NCBI GenBank assembly: GCA_003518055.1
Contig: DOZJ01000006.1
Span: 43,837-107,836, forward strand
Length of the DNA: 64,000 bases
Direction: 5' to 3'
Source of the DNA: Candidatus Falkowbacteria bacterium
GTDB lineage: Bacteria > Patescibacteriota > Patescibacteriia > UBA11705
Shown here: in pieces, positions 1 to 8,268 of the stretch
Layout: every line of letters starts with the position of its first letter
Numbering within the stretch: position 1 is the first letter of the stretch
Made by a program: the position numbers and the translations under genes
Notes under the pieces: model-generated
Seen by the model: the letters and a program-made list of their open reading frames with translations, nothing else
What the model was told of the DNA's origin: nothing
The model's database searches: none

Positions 1-103
1 ACTTCTTCCAGTTGTTATAGCTAATAATATTTTCATGATAATCGATTTAATATACAATATTTATATATTTATTGTCACTATTTTTTGTTAATACCAAATA
101 TTT

Positions 104-727
104 TTATCTCGTTAAGTATTTCCCCGCTTCTTTTATTTTTTTAAAAAAATCTTCTTCAGTATTAACAAAATCAAAACCATATTTTTTTGATTCTTTGAAA
201 AAATATTCACCATAAACACTAACCATCTCCGATGCCCTCACTAACGATATTAGCTTTTTAACATGCCCAGTAATCCAATCTTGTTTGTCTTTATTAAGAT
301 TTAGACCGTTTAGTATTTTTCTTCGGTTAATTTTTCCCAGATATAGCACCCTATGTTTATTGGCCGACAATTTACAATCTTTTATATATCGAGGCAACAA
401 ATGAACACCTTCAACTATATAATCGTTATCTTTTTGCAAATTATATTTCATAAAATCACAAACCTCTTTGATCAAATATCTGGCCTCTGTTTTGTCGGCT
501 TTCAAAAAATCTTCTGGTTTATATATCCTAAAGCATTCATCCACCTTATCACCATTAAACATTCGTTCAAAAGGAAACACGGAATCTATTTTATTCGCTG
601 GAGTTTCTTTTGCCCTCCGAAACCTTAATTTATCAGTAGAATAGATGGGCACATTCAACTTTCTAGAAAGCATTTTTGCCAATTTAGTTTTACCACTTCT
701 TGGCGCACCGCCAATTATATAAAGCAT
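104..727 (-). CDS. P-loop NTPase / predicted kinase (Walker A GAPRSGKT); visibly more AT-rich than surroundings
   Basis: Walker A motif GGAPRSGKTKLAK near N-terminus; no further family assignment possible by eye. Confidence 0.5.
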   Translation of the reverse strand: MLYIIGGAPRSGKTKLAKMLSRKLNVPIYSTDKLRFRRAKETPANKIDSVFPFERMFNGDKVDECFRIYKPEDFLKADKTEARYLIKEVCDFMKYNLQKDNDYIVEGVHLLPRYIKDCKLSANKHRVLYLGKINRRKILNGLNLNKDKQDWITGHVKKLISLVRASEMVSVYGEYFFKESKKYGFDFVNTEEDFFKKIKEAGKYLTR

Positions 728-983
728 AATATTTTTAAAAATAGATTTAGTATAAATAAATCATTTTCGGAGCGGAGAAAACACCATATACCCCTCTTTA
801 ATTAATGAAAAATAAATTTTAAAATTTTTTAAAACAATTGGGCGATAGCCCAAAAAAGAAAAGGAATATTTCAGATCAACTGGTTTCTATCCGAACTTTT
901 GCCGGTTTAACACGTATAATTTGCTGGTTATACGAACTTATGTTATTCTAATTATAGAATTATTATATCATTCGAGTATATTT

Positions 984-1799
984 ATGCAAAATTACCTTCA
1001 ACAGGTGGATGACGAGCTGAAATTGCGTCATTACAGTCTCAAAACCAGAGTGTCCTATTTGCGTTGTGTTCGTGATTATCTAGCTGTCTGCACTATAACA
1101 AAATCGGCTGGAGATATTGAATTAATTAGACAGTTTCTATTAACTAAATACGATAAAAATTACGCCTCTCAGACGGTTAATTTATATCTTAATGCCATAA
1201 AGTTTTTATATCGTGACGTCTTGAAATTACCATTCAAAATTGATATAAAATTCGCCAAGCGGGAGAAGCGTTTGCCGGTGGTTTTAACTCTGGCAGAAAT
1301 ACGATTGATTTTAGATAATATCGTGAATAATAAGCATCGGCTGATGATAGCGATCGCATATGGCGCCGGGCTTCGCGTGAGTGAAGTTCAGAAATTACAA
1401 ATAAAAGATGTGTTGTTTGATGAAATGCTGATCAAAGTCAATTTAGGGAAGGGTAATAAGGATCGATTTACTTTGCTGCCGGAAAAATTGATTGATGAGC
1501 TAAAATCTTTAGTCAGCGGAAAAGAATCTGGTGATTATGTTTTTGATAGTAATCGTGGAGGGAAATTATCAACCCGGTCCCTTGAAAAGGTGTTTTCCAA
1601 TGCCTTGAAGAAAGCAAACATTGCCAAAGATGCTACTTTTCATAGTTTGCGTCACAGCTTTGCCACCCATTTGCTCGAAGACGGGGTTGATATTCGGTAT
1701 GTGCAGGAATTATTGGGACATCAGAATATTCGCACGACGCAAATTTATACGCATGTGACTAATCCCAAGTTGAAAAATATTAGAAGTCCTTATGTCTAG
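984..1799 (+). CDS. tyrosine site-specific recombinase (XerC/XerD / phage-integrase family)
   Basis: C-terminal HSLRHSFATHLLEDGVDIRYVQELLGHQNIRTTQIYTHV (R..H..R..Y catalytic signature); N-terminal SAM-like domain; track ORF 921 trimmed to first ATG at 984. Confidence 0.8.
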   Translation: MQNYLQQVDDELKLRHYSLKTRVSYLRCVRDYLAVCTITKSAGDIELIRQFLLTKYDKNYASQTVNLYLNAIKFLYRDVLKLPFKIDIKFAKREKRLPVVLTLAEIRLILDNIVNNKHRLMIAIAYGAGLRVSEVQKLQIKDVLFDEMLIKVNLGKGNKDRFTLLPEKLIDELKSLVSGKESGDYVFDSNRGGKLSTRSLEKVFSNALKKANIAKDATFHSLRHSFATHLLEDGVDIRYVQELLGHQNIRTTQIYTHVTNPKLKNIRSPYV

Positions 1800-2050
1800 G
1801 GGTAACTGGAACTACCCATGCACCACGGGGGTGCAGCCTGCCTGCCGGTAGGCAGGGGCGCAGCGGAAGTTTGGCTGGTTGGGTTAGCTTTTACAAAAGT
1901 TTGGCGGGTGTAACCGGAAAAACGGAAGTTAGGCAGTCATGAGTTGGTTTTTACTCGCCAGAGGACGAGTCTTCGCCAAAGGACGCACGCCAGAGGACGT
2001 GTCTTCGCCAAAGGACGAATGCGTCCTATGGCGCACGTCCTAAGGCGGAC
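1800..2050. repeat. GC-rich composite dispersed repeat (contains 20-bp palindrome CCTGCCTGCCGGTAGGCAGG at 1837-1856 plus GGCGCAGCGGAAGTTTGGC and CGCCAAAGGACG subrepeats)
   Basis: near-identical blocks recur at 7392-7411, 35860-35879, 61878-61897, 62081-62100. Confidence 0.7.
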
Positions 2051-2076
2051 AAAAGTTTGACGGGGAATAATTTATT

Positions 2077-3243
2077 ATGAAAAAAAAGAAAGTCATCGTC
2101 GTTGTCGGGCCGACCGCTTCCGGTAAGTCAAAGCTGGCTCATGAAATAGCCAAAAAATATGGCGGGTTTTTGGTTTCGGCGGATTCGAGGCAGGTTTATA
2201 GGGGGATGGATATTGGGACGAACAAAGATAGGGGTGTTACGAAATTACCCACCTACGCTCTTCGAGCTACGGCGGGCAGGCGAAAAATTACGAAACGTTA
2301 CGAAAACAAGGTAACTTTAACTACTGAAAATAGGAATATAGAATCTCAAATAACAAATCACAAATCTGTCCTGTCTCAAATTATAAATTACTTGCTACGA
2401 TTTACGAATTACGTATTACGAATCGCGAATCTCGAATCACGAATTACGAATAAACATTTTCTAATCGTTAACGGTGTTGAAGAATACATGGTTAATGTGG
2501 TGAAGCCGAATAAAAAGTTTAATCTGGATGATTGGCTGCGCGAAAGCAAGAAGATAATCCGCAATGATGACCGGTTGGCGGTGGTGGTGGGTGGGACGAT
2601 GTTGTATACCTCAGCGCTTGTTGATGGTTATGAGCTTCAGGGTGGATTTGATAAACTGTATCGTCGTGTATTGGAAAAACAGCTTGAAGCCGATGGTTTG
2701 CCGTCTTTGGTAAAAAGATTGATTGAGATTGATCCGGACGCGGACAAAAAAATTGATTTGAATAATTCACGACGAGTGATCAGAGCGCTTGAGTGGCACA
2801 AGCATGGCGGCAAAATTAAAAATAATCAACAAATTGAACCGGAATTTGAATTTTTGGTGTTGGGGAAATCTTTGCCGCGCGAAGAATTATACTTTAAGAT
2901 CGATAATCGAGTCAGGGAAATGATTGATGAAGGTTTGGTTGATGAAGTAAAATTTTTGATTAAAAAAGGTTACGAAAAAAACTCTCCAGCCATGACGGGG
3001 ATAGGGTATAGACAAATTGTGGATTTTTTGGAGGGGAAATACGACTTGAATGAGGCGGTTAGATTGATTCAGCGCGATACGCGGCATTATGCCAAACAGC
3101 AGTTGACATGGTATCGCCGAGATGGTACGATCCGTTGGATCAGTTCATTTGATGAAGCTAGAGGGTTCATCGACGAATTTTTAACCTCAAGATCAGGAGA
3201 ACATCATGGCCAAGTCAATCACGATCGCCGGGGAAAATCGTGA
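2077..3243 (+). CDS. miaA: tRNA dimethylallyltransferase MiaA carrying a ~65-aa in-frame low-complexity insertion
   Basis: N-terminal VVVGPTASGKS...ADSRQVYRGMDIGTNK and downstream VVVGGTMLY, RRVIRALE motifs; 388 aa vs ~300 aa expected. Confidence 0.8.
   Translation: MKKKKVIVVVGPTASGKSKLAHEIAKKYGGFLVSADSRQVYRGMDIGTNKDRGVTKLPTYALRATAGRRKITKRYENKVTLTTENRNIESQITNHKSVLSQIINYLLRFTNYVLRIANLESRITNKHFLIVNGVEEYMVNVVKPNKKFNLDDWLRESKKIIRNDDRLAVVVGGTMLYTSALVDGYELQGGFDKLYRRVLEKQLEADGLPSLVKRLIEIDPDADKKIDLNNSRRVIRALEWHKHGGKIKNNQQIEPEFEFLVLGKSLPREELYFKIDNRVREMIDEGLVDEVKFLIKKGYEKNSPAMTGIGYRQIVDFLEGKYDLNEAVRLIQRDTRHYAKQQLTWYRRDGTIRWISSFDEARGFIDEFLTSRSGEHHGQVNHDRRGKS
2230..2450. repeat. in-frame insertion inside miaA composed of dispersed-repeat fragment (CCACCTACGCTCTTCGAGCTACGGCGGGCAGGCG) plus ATTACGAA direct repeats
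   Basis: sequence identity to intergenic repeat families; MiaA homology interrupted between DIGTNK and HFLIV. Confidence 0.6.
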
Positions 3244-3586
3244 AGTCGATTGTAAACCGGGCGGGAATCATTACAATCGGTATATGTTTGTGTCGACGGT
3301 TGAAGAGCTTGAAGCTGACGGCAGATTTGATCCGGATGGTTATGTTTGTTCATACGACGGATATTTGGTTCGAAAAGATGGGGATGAATTTATCGTCAGT
3401 GTCCGGCGGATGGATCAAGGTGGGGTGTGGGAAGATTTGACGTTTGACGTGTCGGTGCTGGCTGATAATCTGCGGTTTGGACGAGGAACAGATGTGATCG
3501 TGCATGTTGGCCTCAAGAATGGTCAGTGGGATGCTTACGTGGAAATGGTTTGTCCCGAACAAATGCGGGCGCCGATCGGGAGGTGA
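3206..3586 (+). CDS. hypothetical protein
   Basis: 126-aa ORF overlapping miaA 3' end; no recognisable motif. Confidence 0.35.
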   Translation: MAKSITIAGENREVDCKPGGNHYNRYMFVSTVEELEADGRFDPDGYVCSYDGYLVRKDGDEFIVSVRRMDQGGVWEDLTFDVSVLADNLRFGRGTDVIVHVGLKNGQWDAYVEMVCPEQMRAPIGR

Positions 3587-3951
3587 TGATGGACGCGCAG
3601 AAGAAGGTGGTCTTCTTGATTGAAGATGATGAATCTGTGGTTCGTTCGTTGAAGCGAAATTTGGAGGATCGCGGTTATGAAGTAATCGCGGCTTTGACTC
3701 AATTGGTGGCGATTGATTGGTTCGCTGTTCATCGTGACAGGCTTGATATTATCCTGCTCGATGCATGCGTGCCGGGGAATAGAATCAATACCATTCCATT
3801 GCTTAAACATTTTCGGACCAGTGGTTATGACGGCCGGGTAATCGCGGTTTCCAATGATCATGATTTTAATGTGGCATTGCTGCAGGCTGGGGCGACCGGT
3901 TGGTGTTATAAAAATGAAATTCTAAAACGCTGGGACTCTTTTTGGGGATGA
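3586..3951 (+). CDS. stand-alone response-regulator receiver (CheY-like) domain protein
   Basis: VVFLIEDDE...IILLDACVPG...VIAVS pattern matching receiver acidic pocket/phospho-Asp/Thr positions; RBS GGGAGGTG upstream. Confidence 0.5.
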   Translation: MMDAQKKVVFLIEDDESVVRSLKRNLEDRGYEVIAALTQLVAIDWFAVHRDRLDIILLDACVPGNRINTIPLLKHFRTSGYDGRVIAVSNDHDFNVALLQAGATGWCYKNEILKRWDSFWG

Positions 3952-3953
3952 GA

Positions 3954-3977
3954 AAAGACGCGAAAGACGTCTTTTTT
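3954..3977 (+). terminator. intrinsic terminator (7-bp stem AAAGACG/CGTCTTT + T-run)
   Basis: hand-folded hairpin followed by TTTTT. Confidence 0.6.
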
Positions 3978-4008
3978 GCTTAAAATTAGTTAAAATACGC
4001 AGTTATTT

Positions 4009-4037
4009 TTGACAGTTTTTAAATATTATGTTATAAT
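4009..4037 (+). promoter_or_regulatory. sigma70-type promoter TTGACA-17-TATAAT
   Basis: perfect consensus hexamers, 17-nt spacer. Confidence 0.65.
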
Positions 4038-4740
4038 TATTTGTCGTTCAGAAGTCAGTTCAACAACAGGGCTGGAGGTCAGCATGAGCGTTGGCTGGAT
4101 CATGACAATTGATGTGATTTTGGTGGTAGAGTTTTTGATTATGATTTTTAGCTCTTCAGCTCCACAGATTCTGAATGATTTGTGTCCCGGTCTGCCTTTG
4201 ACCAGGCCTAATCGGTTCTATTCATTTCGATGGTTGTTCCGGGTGGCATTTATTGTGTGTTTTGGACTGTTTGTTTTTTCGTCGTTGTATGTTGAGTACG
4301 ATTCGTCTTTGCAAACAGTATTGGTCAAGAATGACAACAGTGTAGTGGAAGCTGGTATTGCTTGGTGCGGTAACGACTGCGTCAACGTCTATGACGAATA
4401 TGAAATTGACAACTATGTTCAGTTTCATGATCGATGCGCTTTCCGTTTTACTGTCCAAGCGCAAATTTCTTTGAATCACTTGCAGGCTTTCGCTGGTTTG
4501 TTTGAGTTCGAGGGTAGACTAGCGCCGCAGACGAAGGCTGAATCATACTGGATTTTGCGCCCGAGCTTCTATCAGTCAATTGAAGCTACCGAGCAGATGC
4601 TAATTGGGCGGTATGGTAGTGTGCCTTGTGATCAATTGCCTATGATGGAGATTGCAGGTGCAATCTACGATCATTTGAATCGGCAGCTCCACACCTTTGG
4701 ATATAAGTTGAATGGTTTGCCAGTAATTAGCTGGGAATAA
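4009..4740 (+). CDS. hypothetical membrane protein
   Basis: hydrophobic N-terminal segments; preceded by perfect sigma70 promoter; alternative start near 4084. Confidence 0.4.
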   Translation: MTVFKYYVIIICRSEVSSTTGLEVSMSVGWIMTIDVILVVEFLIMIFSSSAPQILNDLCPGLPLTRPNRFYSFRWLFRVAFIVCFGLFVFSSLYVEYDSSLQTVLVKNDNSVVEAGIAWCGNDCVNVYDEYEIDNYVQFHDRCAFRFTVQAQISLNHLQAFAGLFEFEGRLAPQTKAESYWILRPSFYQSIEATEQMLIGRYGSVPCDQLPMMEIAGAIYDHLNRQLHTFGYKLNGLPVISWE

Positions 4741-4746
4741 AAAAAT

Positions 4747-4769
4747 AGACGTTAAAACGCGTCTTTTTT
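4747..4769. terminator. bidirectional intrinsic terminator between convergent genes (AGACG-8nt-CGTCT flanked by A6 and T6)
   Basis: hairpin with A-run upstream and T-run downstream. Confidence 0.55.
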
Positions 4770-4792
4770 GGTTGAGAATTTTGAAATTGATT

Positions 4793-6046
4793 TTATTCAT
4801 GCCGGAGAGCATCGATCGGATTCATCGCCGCAGCTTTTTTGGCCGGATACAAGCCAAAGACCAAGCCGACAATCGTACTCATGGCGGTGGCGAGAATAAT
4901 ACCGGAAACGGAAATGGAGAATTCCCAATCAAAACCCTGAGACTTGGCACCAACGGAAATCAAAGCGGATAAAAGCAAGCCGAAGATTATGCCGATGACT
5001 GCGCCGATCAGGGTAATGATTACGGCTTCGAATAAAAATTGCCAGAGAATATTACGGCTTTTGGCGCCGAGCGCTTTGCGCAGACCGATTTCAAAGGTTC
5101 TCTCGGTGACGGAAACATACATGATATTCATAATGCCCACTCCACCGACAACGAGTGAGATTGAACCGAGCATGACTAGCAGAAATTGCAATCCAACGAT
5201 AATGACGTCGATCATTTCCATGGCTTGATCCATGGTGGTGACGGCAAAATCATCACGGTCCGGATCAGTAATGTCATGCAATTCGCGCATGGTGAATTTA
5301 AAATCTTCAGCGGTTTCAGCGGCCAGAGAGTTATCAATCAGCTGGATAGTCATGAAACTGACATAATCAACACCGAGCAGCTTTTTTTGCAGGGTTCGAA
5401 CCGGGACGAAAATCATGTTATCCATATCAAAGGCGAATGAAGCACCGCGTTCTTTCATTGTCCCGATAACAATAAATTTTTCTTTGCCCACTTTAATCGA
5501 TTTGCCGATCGGATCATTGTCGCCAAAGAGGTTTGTTTTGACTTTTGACCCGAGAACCGCCACTTTGGCCAAGCCTTTGTTTTCATCCGAGTCAAAGAAT
5601 CGGCCGGCCTCAACCTGACCGGTATCAATTTTGACAAAATCAGCATTGGTACCAAAGAGAAATACTTTTTTAATTTCATTTTGATAATTAACGATTTCCT
5701 GGCCCATGATGGCGGTGTAATACGCGCTGACATTTGGGTGTTTGGCCAATTCTTCGGCGTCGCTTTCTTTCATCGTGGTGATCGTGGCGCCGCCAACCAT
5801 ACTGAAAGTGTTTTCCGTTGAGGTTTGCGAAGTTGATGGAGTTTTGACTTCAATTTGGATATAGTTTGAGCCAAACGCTTCAATTTCACCGATAATCAAT
5901 CCTTTGATCGCTTGACCGGCTGATAAAACGGTGATGACGGCGGTGATGCCGATCACGATTCCGATCACGGTCAAAAGAGTCCGCAGTTTATTGTGGAGCA
6001 GGCTTTGTTTGGCGATGCGCAGACTGGATGCAAATATGTTATTCAT
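4793..6046 (-). CDS. ABC transporter permease, MacB/FtsX family
   Basis: N-terminal TM, large periplasmic MacB-like domain, C-terminal FtsX 3-TM bundle (GLRKALGAKSRNILWQFLFEA...). Confidence 0.8.
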   Translation of the reverse strand: MNNIFASSLRIAKQSLLHNKLRTLLTVIGIVIGITAVITVLSAGQAIKGLIIGEIEAFGSNYIQIEVKTPSTSQTSTENTFSMVGGATITTMKESDAEELAKHPNVSAYYTAIMGQEIVNYQNEIKKVFLFGTNADFVKIDTGQVEAGRFFDSDENKGLAKVAVLGSKVKTNLFGDNDPIGKSIKVGKEKFIVIGTMKERGASFAFDMDNMIFVPVRTLQKKLLGVDYVSFMTIQLIDNSLAAETAEDFKFTMRELHDITDPDRDDFAVTTMDQAMEMIDVIIVGLQFLLVMLGSISLVVGGVGIMNIMYVSVTERTFEIGLRKALGAKSRNILWQFLFEAVIITLIGAVIGIIFGLLLSALISVGAKSQGFDWEFSISVSGIILATAMSTIVGLVFGLYPAKKAAAMNPIDALRHE

Positions 6047-7274
6047 ATCGAAGGGCGGTTATGGGGTCGTAGCCGGCGGCTTTGCGCGCGGGGTAAACGC
6101 CGAATGATAAGCCGATGATTAGGGCAAATAAGCTGGAGATGATAATGGAGGTCGGGGTAATGACAAAATCCCAGTCATAGTCAAAGCTGTTAACGCCAAG
6201 AGAGACAAGAAAAGCGAAAAAAATACCAATTAGCATTCCGATAATCGCGCCGAGGAAAGTGATGATGACGGTTTCAATCAGAAATTGGGTGGTGATATTA
6301 GCGCTGGTCGCGCCAACGGCTTTGCGCAGTCCGATTTCGCGGATTCTTTCGGTTACCGCCGCCAGCATGATATTCATAATACCAATACCGCCGACGATGA
6401 GAGAAATACCGGCGATCGCAACCAGAAATAAATTGAGCGCGCCTGTGACCGTGCCCAAGACTGCCAAGGCACTGTCGGTGCTGCTGACGGTAAAATCATC
6501 TTCTTTGGGGTTGCTGATGTCGTGGCGGTCTCGCAGCAATTCTTCGATGGCGCCAATTGTTTCGGCAATATTATCTTGGCTGTCAACTTTGAATCGGGCA
6601 AAACCGATATAGTCAATGCCGAGAATTCTCTTTTGAGTCGTGGTGATGGGAATAAAAACAGCATTATCCACGTTTTGGAAGCCGACCGTACCTTGGCTCT
6701 TCATGGTGCCGATAATGGTATATTGATCTTGGCGGATTTTAATTTTTTGGCCGATCGCGTTTTGGCCGTTGAATAAATCGTCGGCGGCCTGCGACCCGAG
6801 CACCGCCACTCTGGCAGCGGCGGCTTTGTCTTCGAGGGTTAGAAAATGACCGGAGTCGGTCGATGTCTCACTGATATCGGGATAGTCAGGATCAACGCCA
6901 AAAACAGACACCGTGGTTTTTTGGCTGCCGGTGGTGATGATTTCAGTTGAGGTTAAATAGGCGGAGCCGGCGGAGATGTGGGGAATTTGATCTTTGATCG
7001 CTTGAACATCCGCCTCTTTCAAAGTGGTGATAACCACACCAAAGACCGCGGCCGGCGGGCCGTCTTCTTCTGAGGCTCCGGGAAGGACGCCAATAATATT
7101 TGAGCCAATACCCTGAATTTGATTGACAATCAAACTCTCCGCTCCGGCCACCAGCGACGTAATTAAGATAACCGAAGATATCCCAATGATAATTCCCAGC
7201 ATGGTTAAAAAAGAGCGCATTTTGTTGACGCGCAGATTTTTGAGAGACATTTTTATGGTGTCGGTGATGAGCAT
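6039..7274 (-). CDS. ABC transporter permease, MacB/FtsX family (second copy)
   Basis: paralogous to 4793-6046 ([21 protein letters not shown]...). Confidence 0.8.
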   Translation of the reverse strand: MLITDTIKMSLKNLRVNKMRSFLTMLGIIIGISSVILITSLVAGAESLIVNQIQGIGSNIIGVLPGASEEDGPPAAVFGVVITTLKEADVQAIKDQIPHISAGSAYLTSTEIITTGSQKTTVSVFGVDPDYPDISETSTDSGHFLTLEDKAAAARVAVLGSQAADDLFNGQNAIGQKIKIRQDQYTIIGTMKSQGTVGFQNVDNAVFIPITTTQKRILGIDYIGFARFKVDSQDNIAETIGAIEELLRDRHDISNPKEDDFTVSSTDSALAVLGTVTGALNLFLVAIAGISLIVGGIGIMNIMLAAVTERIREIGLRKAVGATSANITTQFLIETVIITFLGAIIGMLIGIFFAFLVSLGVNSFDYDWDFVITPTSIIISSLFALIIGLSFGVYPARKAAGYDPITALRYE

Positions 7275-7328
7275 AAGCGAAATCTTTTATTTTGTGAGCC
7301 CCGCGGATTATGGTCAAATACGAGCAGG

Positions 7329-7530
7329 TTGCTGCTGAGCTTGACGGCTTATAGAGGCTGCTTCGTCTGGCAGTTAATGGAGGCTGCCACGCCTGCCTGC
7401 CGGCAGGCAGGGAGTTACTGCGTTGAGGCGAAGATCGAAGCCGGGTGGAGGCTGCCGCGGCGTTACTGCGTTGAGGCGAAGATCGAAGCTGGGTGGAGGC
7501 TGCCGCGGCGTTACTGCGTACGCCTCGCAG
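7329..7530. repeat. GC-rich element between ABC ATPase and permease genes: 20-bp palindrome (7392-7411) followed by 2.3 tandem copies of a 48-bp unit (GTTACTGCGTTGAGGCGAAGATCGAAGCYGGGTGGAGGCTGCCGCGGC)
   Basis: direct inspection; spurious minus-strand ORF 6943-7533 is repeat-encoded. Confidence 0.75.
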
Positions 7531-7543
7531 CAAAAGAAAGAGA

Positions 7544-8266
7544 TTATTTTATCAGTTCATCGCCATCTTTTATCTCAATGTGGTTGGCGACTTGGAGATC
7601 TTCTTCGACCAAGCCATCTTTGATTTTGATAATACGGTGCGCGTGTTCGGCCGTGTATTTTTCGTGCGTGACGAGAATGATGGTTTTGCCTCGTTTGTTC
7701 AGGGTTTGGAGGATGCGCATGACTTGGCCGCCGGTTTTGGAGTCCAGGTTGCCGGTCGGTTCGTCGGCAAAAATCAAGGCCGGATCGTTCACCAAGGCGC
7801 GGGCGATTGCAACGCGCTGTTTTTCGCCGCCGGAGAGCTGGTTGGATAAATTATTTATTCGGTGGTTGAGGCCGACGGCGGCGATCGCTTGTTTGACTTT
7901 GGCGGTGATATCACCGGGGTTTTGGGCGTAGCTGAGGGGAAGTTTGACATTATCAAAGACTGAGGTTCGTGGCAGCAAATTGAAAGATTGAAAAACAAAT
8001 CCAATGTCAAAATTTCGATATTCCGCCATTTGATCATCTGATAGATTTGACGTGTCCACGCCTTTGAAAATATATTTGCCGGTGGTTAATTTATCAAGAA
8101 AACCCATAATGTGCATTAGCGTTGATTTACCGGAACCGGATGGACCCATGATGGCGACAAACTCGCCTTCGTCAATATTAAAAGAGACACCATGGAGAAC
8201 CTTGGTGACTATTTCGTCGTTTTCGTATTGTTTTTTTAGGTCGATTACTTTGAGCAATTCGGTCAT
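7544..8266 (-). CDS. ABC transporter ATP-binding protein (MacB/LolD type)
   Basis: Walker [11 protein letters not shown], signature [15 protein letters not shown], Walker [13 protein letters not shown]. Confidence 0.85.
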   Translation of the reverse strand: MTELLKVIDLKKQYENDEIVTKVLHGVSFNIDEGEFVAIMGPSGSGKSTLMHIMGFLDKLTTGKYIFKGVDTSNLSDDQMAEYRNFDIGFVFQSFNLLPRTSVFDNVKLPLSYAQNPGDITAKVKQAIAAVGLNHRINNLSNQLSGGEKQRVAIARALVNDPALIFADEPTGNLDSKTGGQVMRILQTLNKRGKTIILVTHEKYTAEHAHRIIKIKDGLVEEDLQVANHIEIKDGDELIK

Positions 8267-8268
8267 AA

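Noticed and set aside
353-628. 91-aa plus-strand ORF inside the P-loop kinase gene
   Set aside because: Antisense shadow ORF in an AT-rich gene, with no motif.
984-1799. Prophage call based on the tyrosine recombinase
   Set aside because: No capsid, terminase, portal or other phage structural genes are anywhere in the window. The recombinase is compatible with XerC/XerD.
3586-3951. Two-component system (receiver domain with missing kinase)
   Set aside because: The receiver-like protein is stand-alone, with no output domain and no histidine kinase in the vicinity. It is reported only as a single-domain receiver, and a system call is not supportable.
6943-7533. 196-aa minus-strand ORF with repetitive [16 protein letters not shown] sequence
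   Set aside because: It is simply the translation of the 48-bp GC-rich tandem repeat and palindrome, and it overlaps the permease gene start. There is no independent support.
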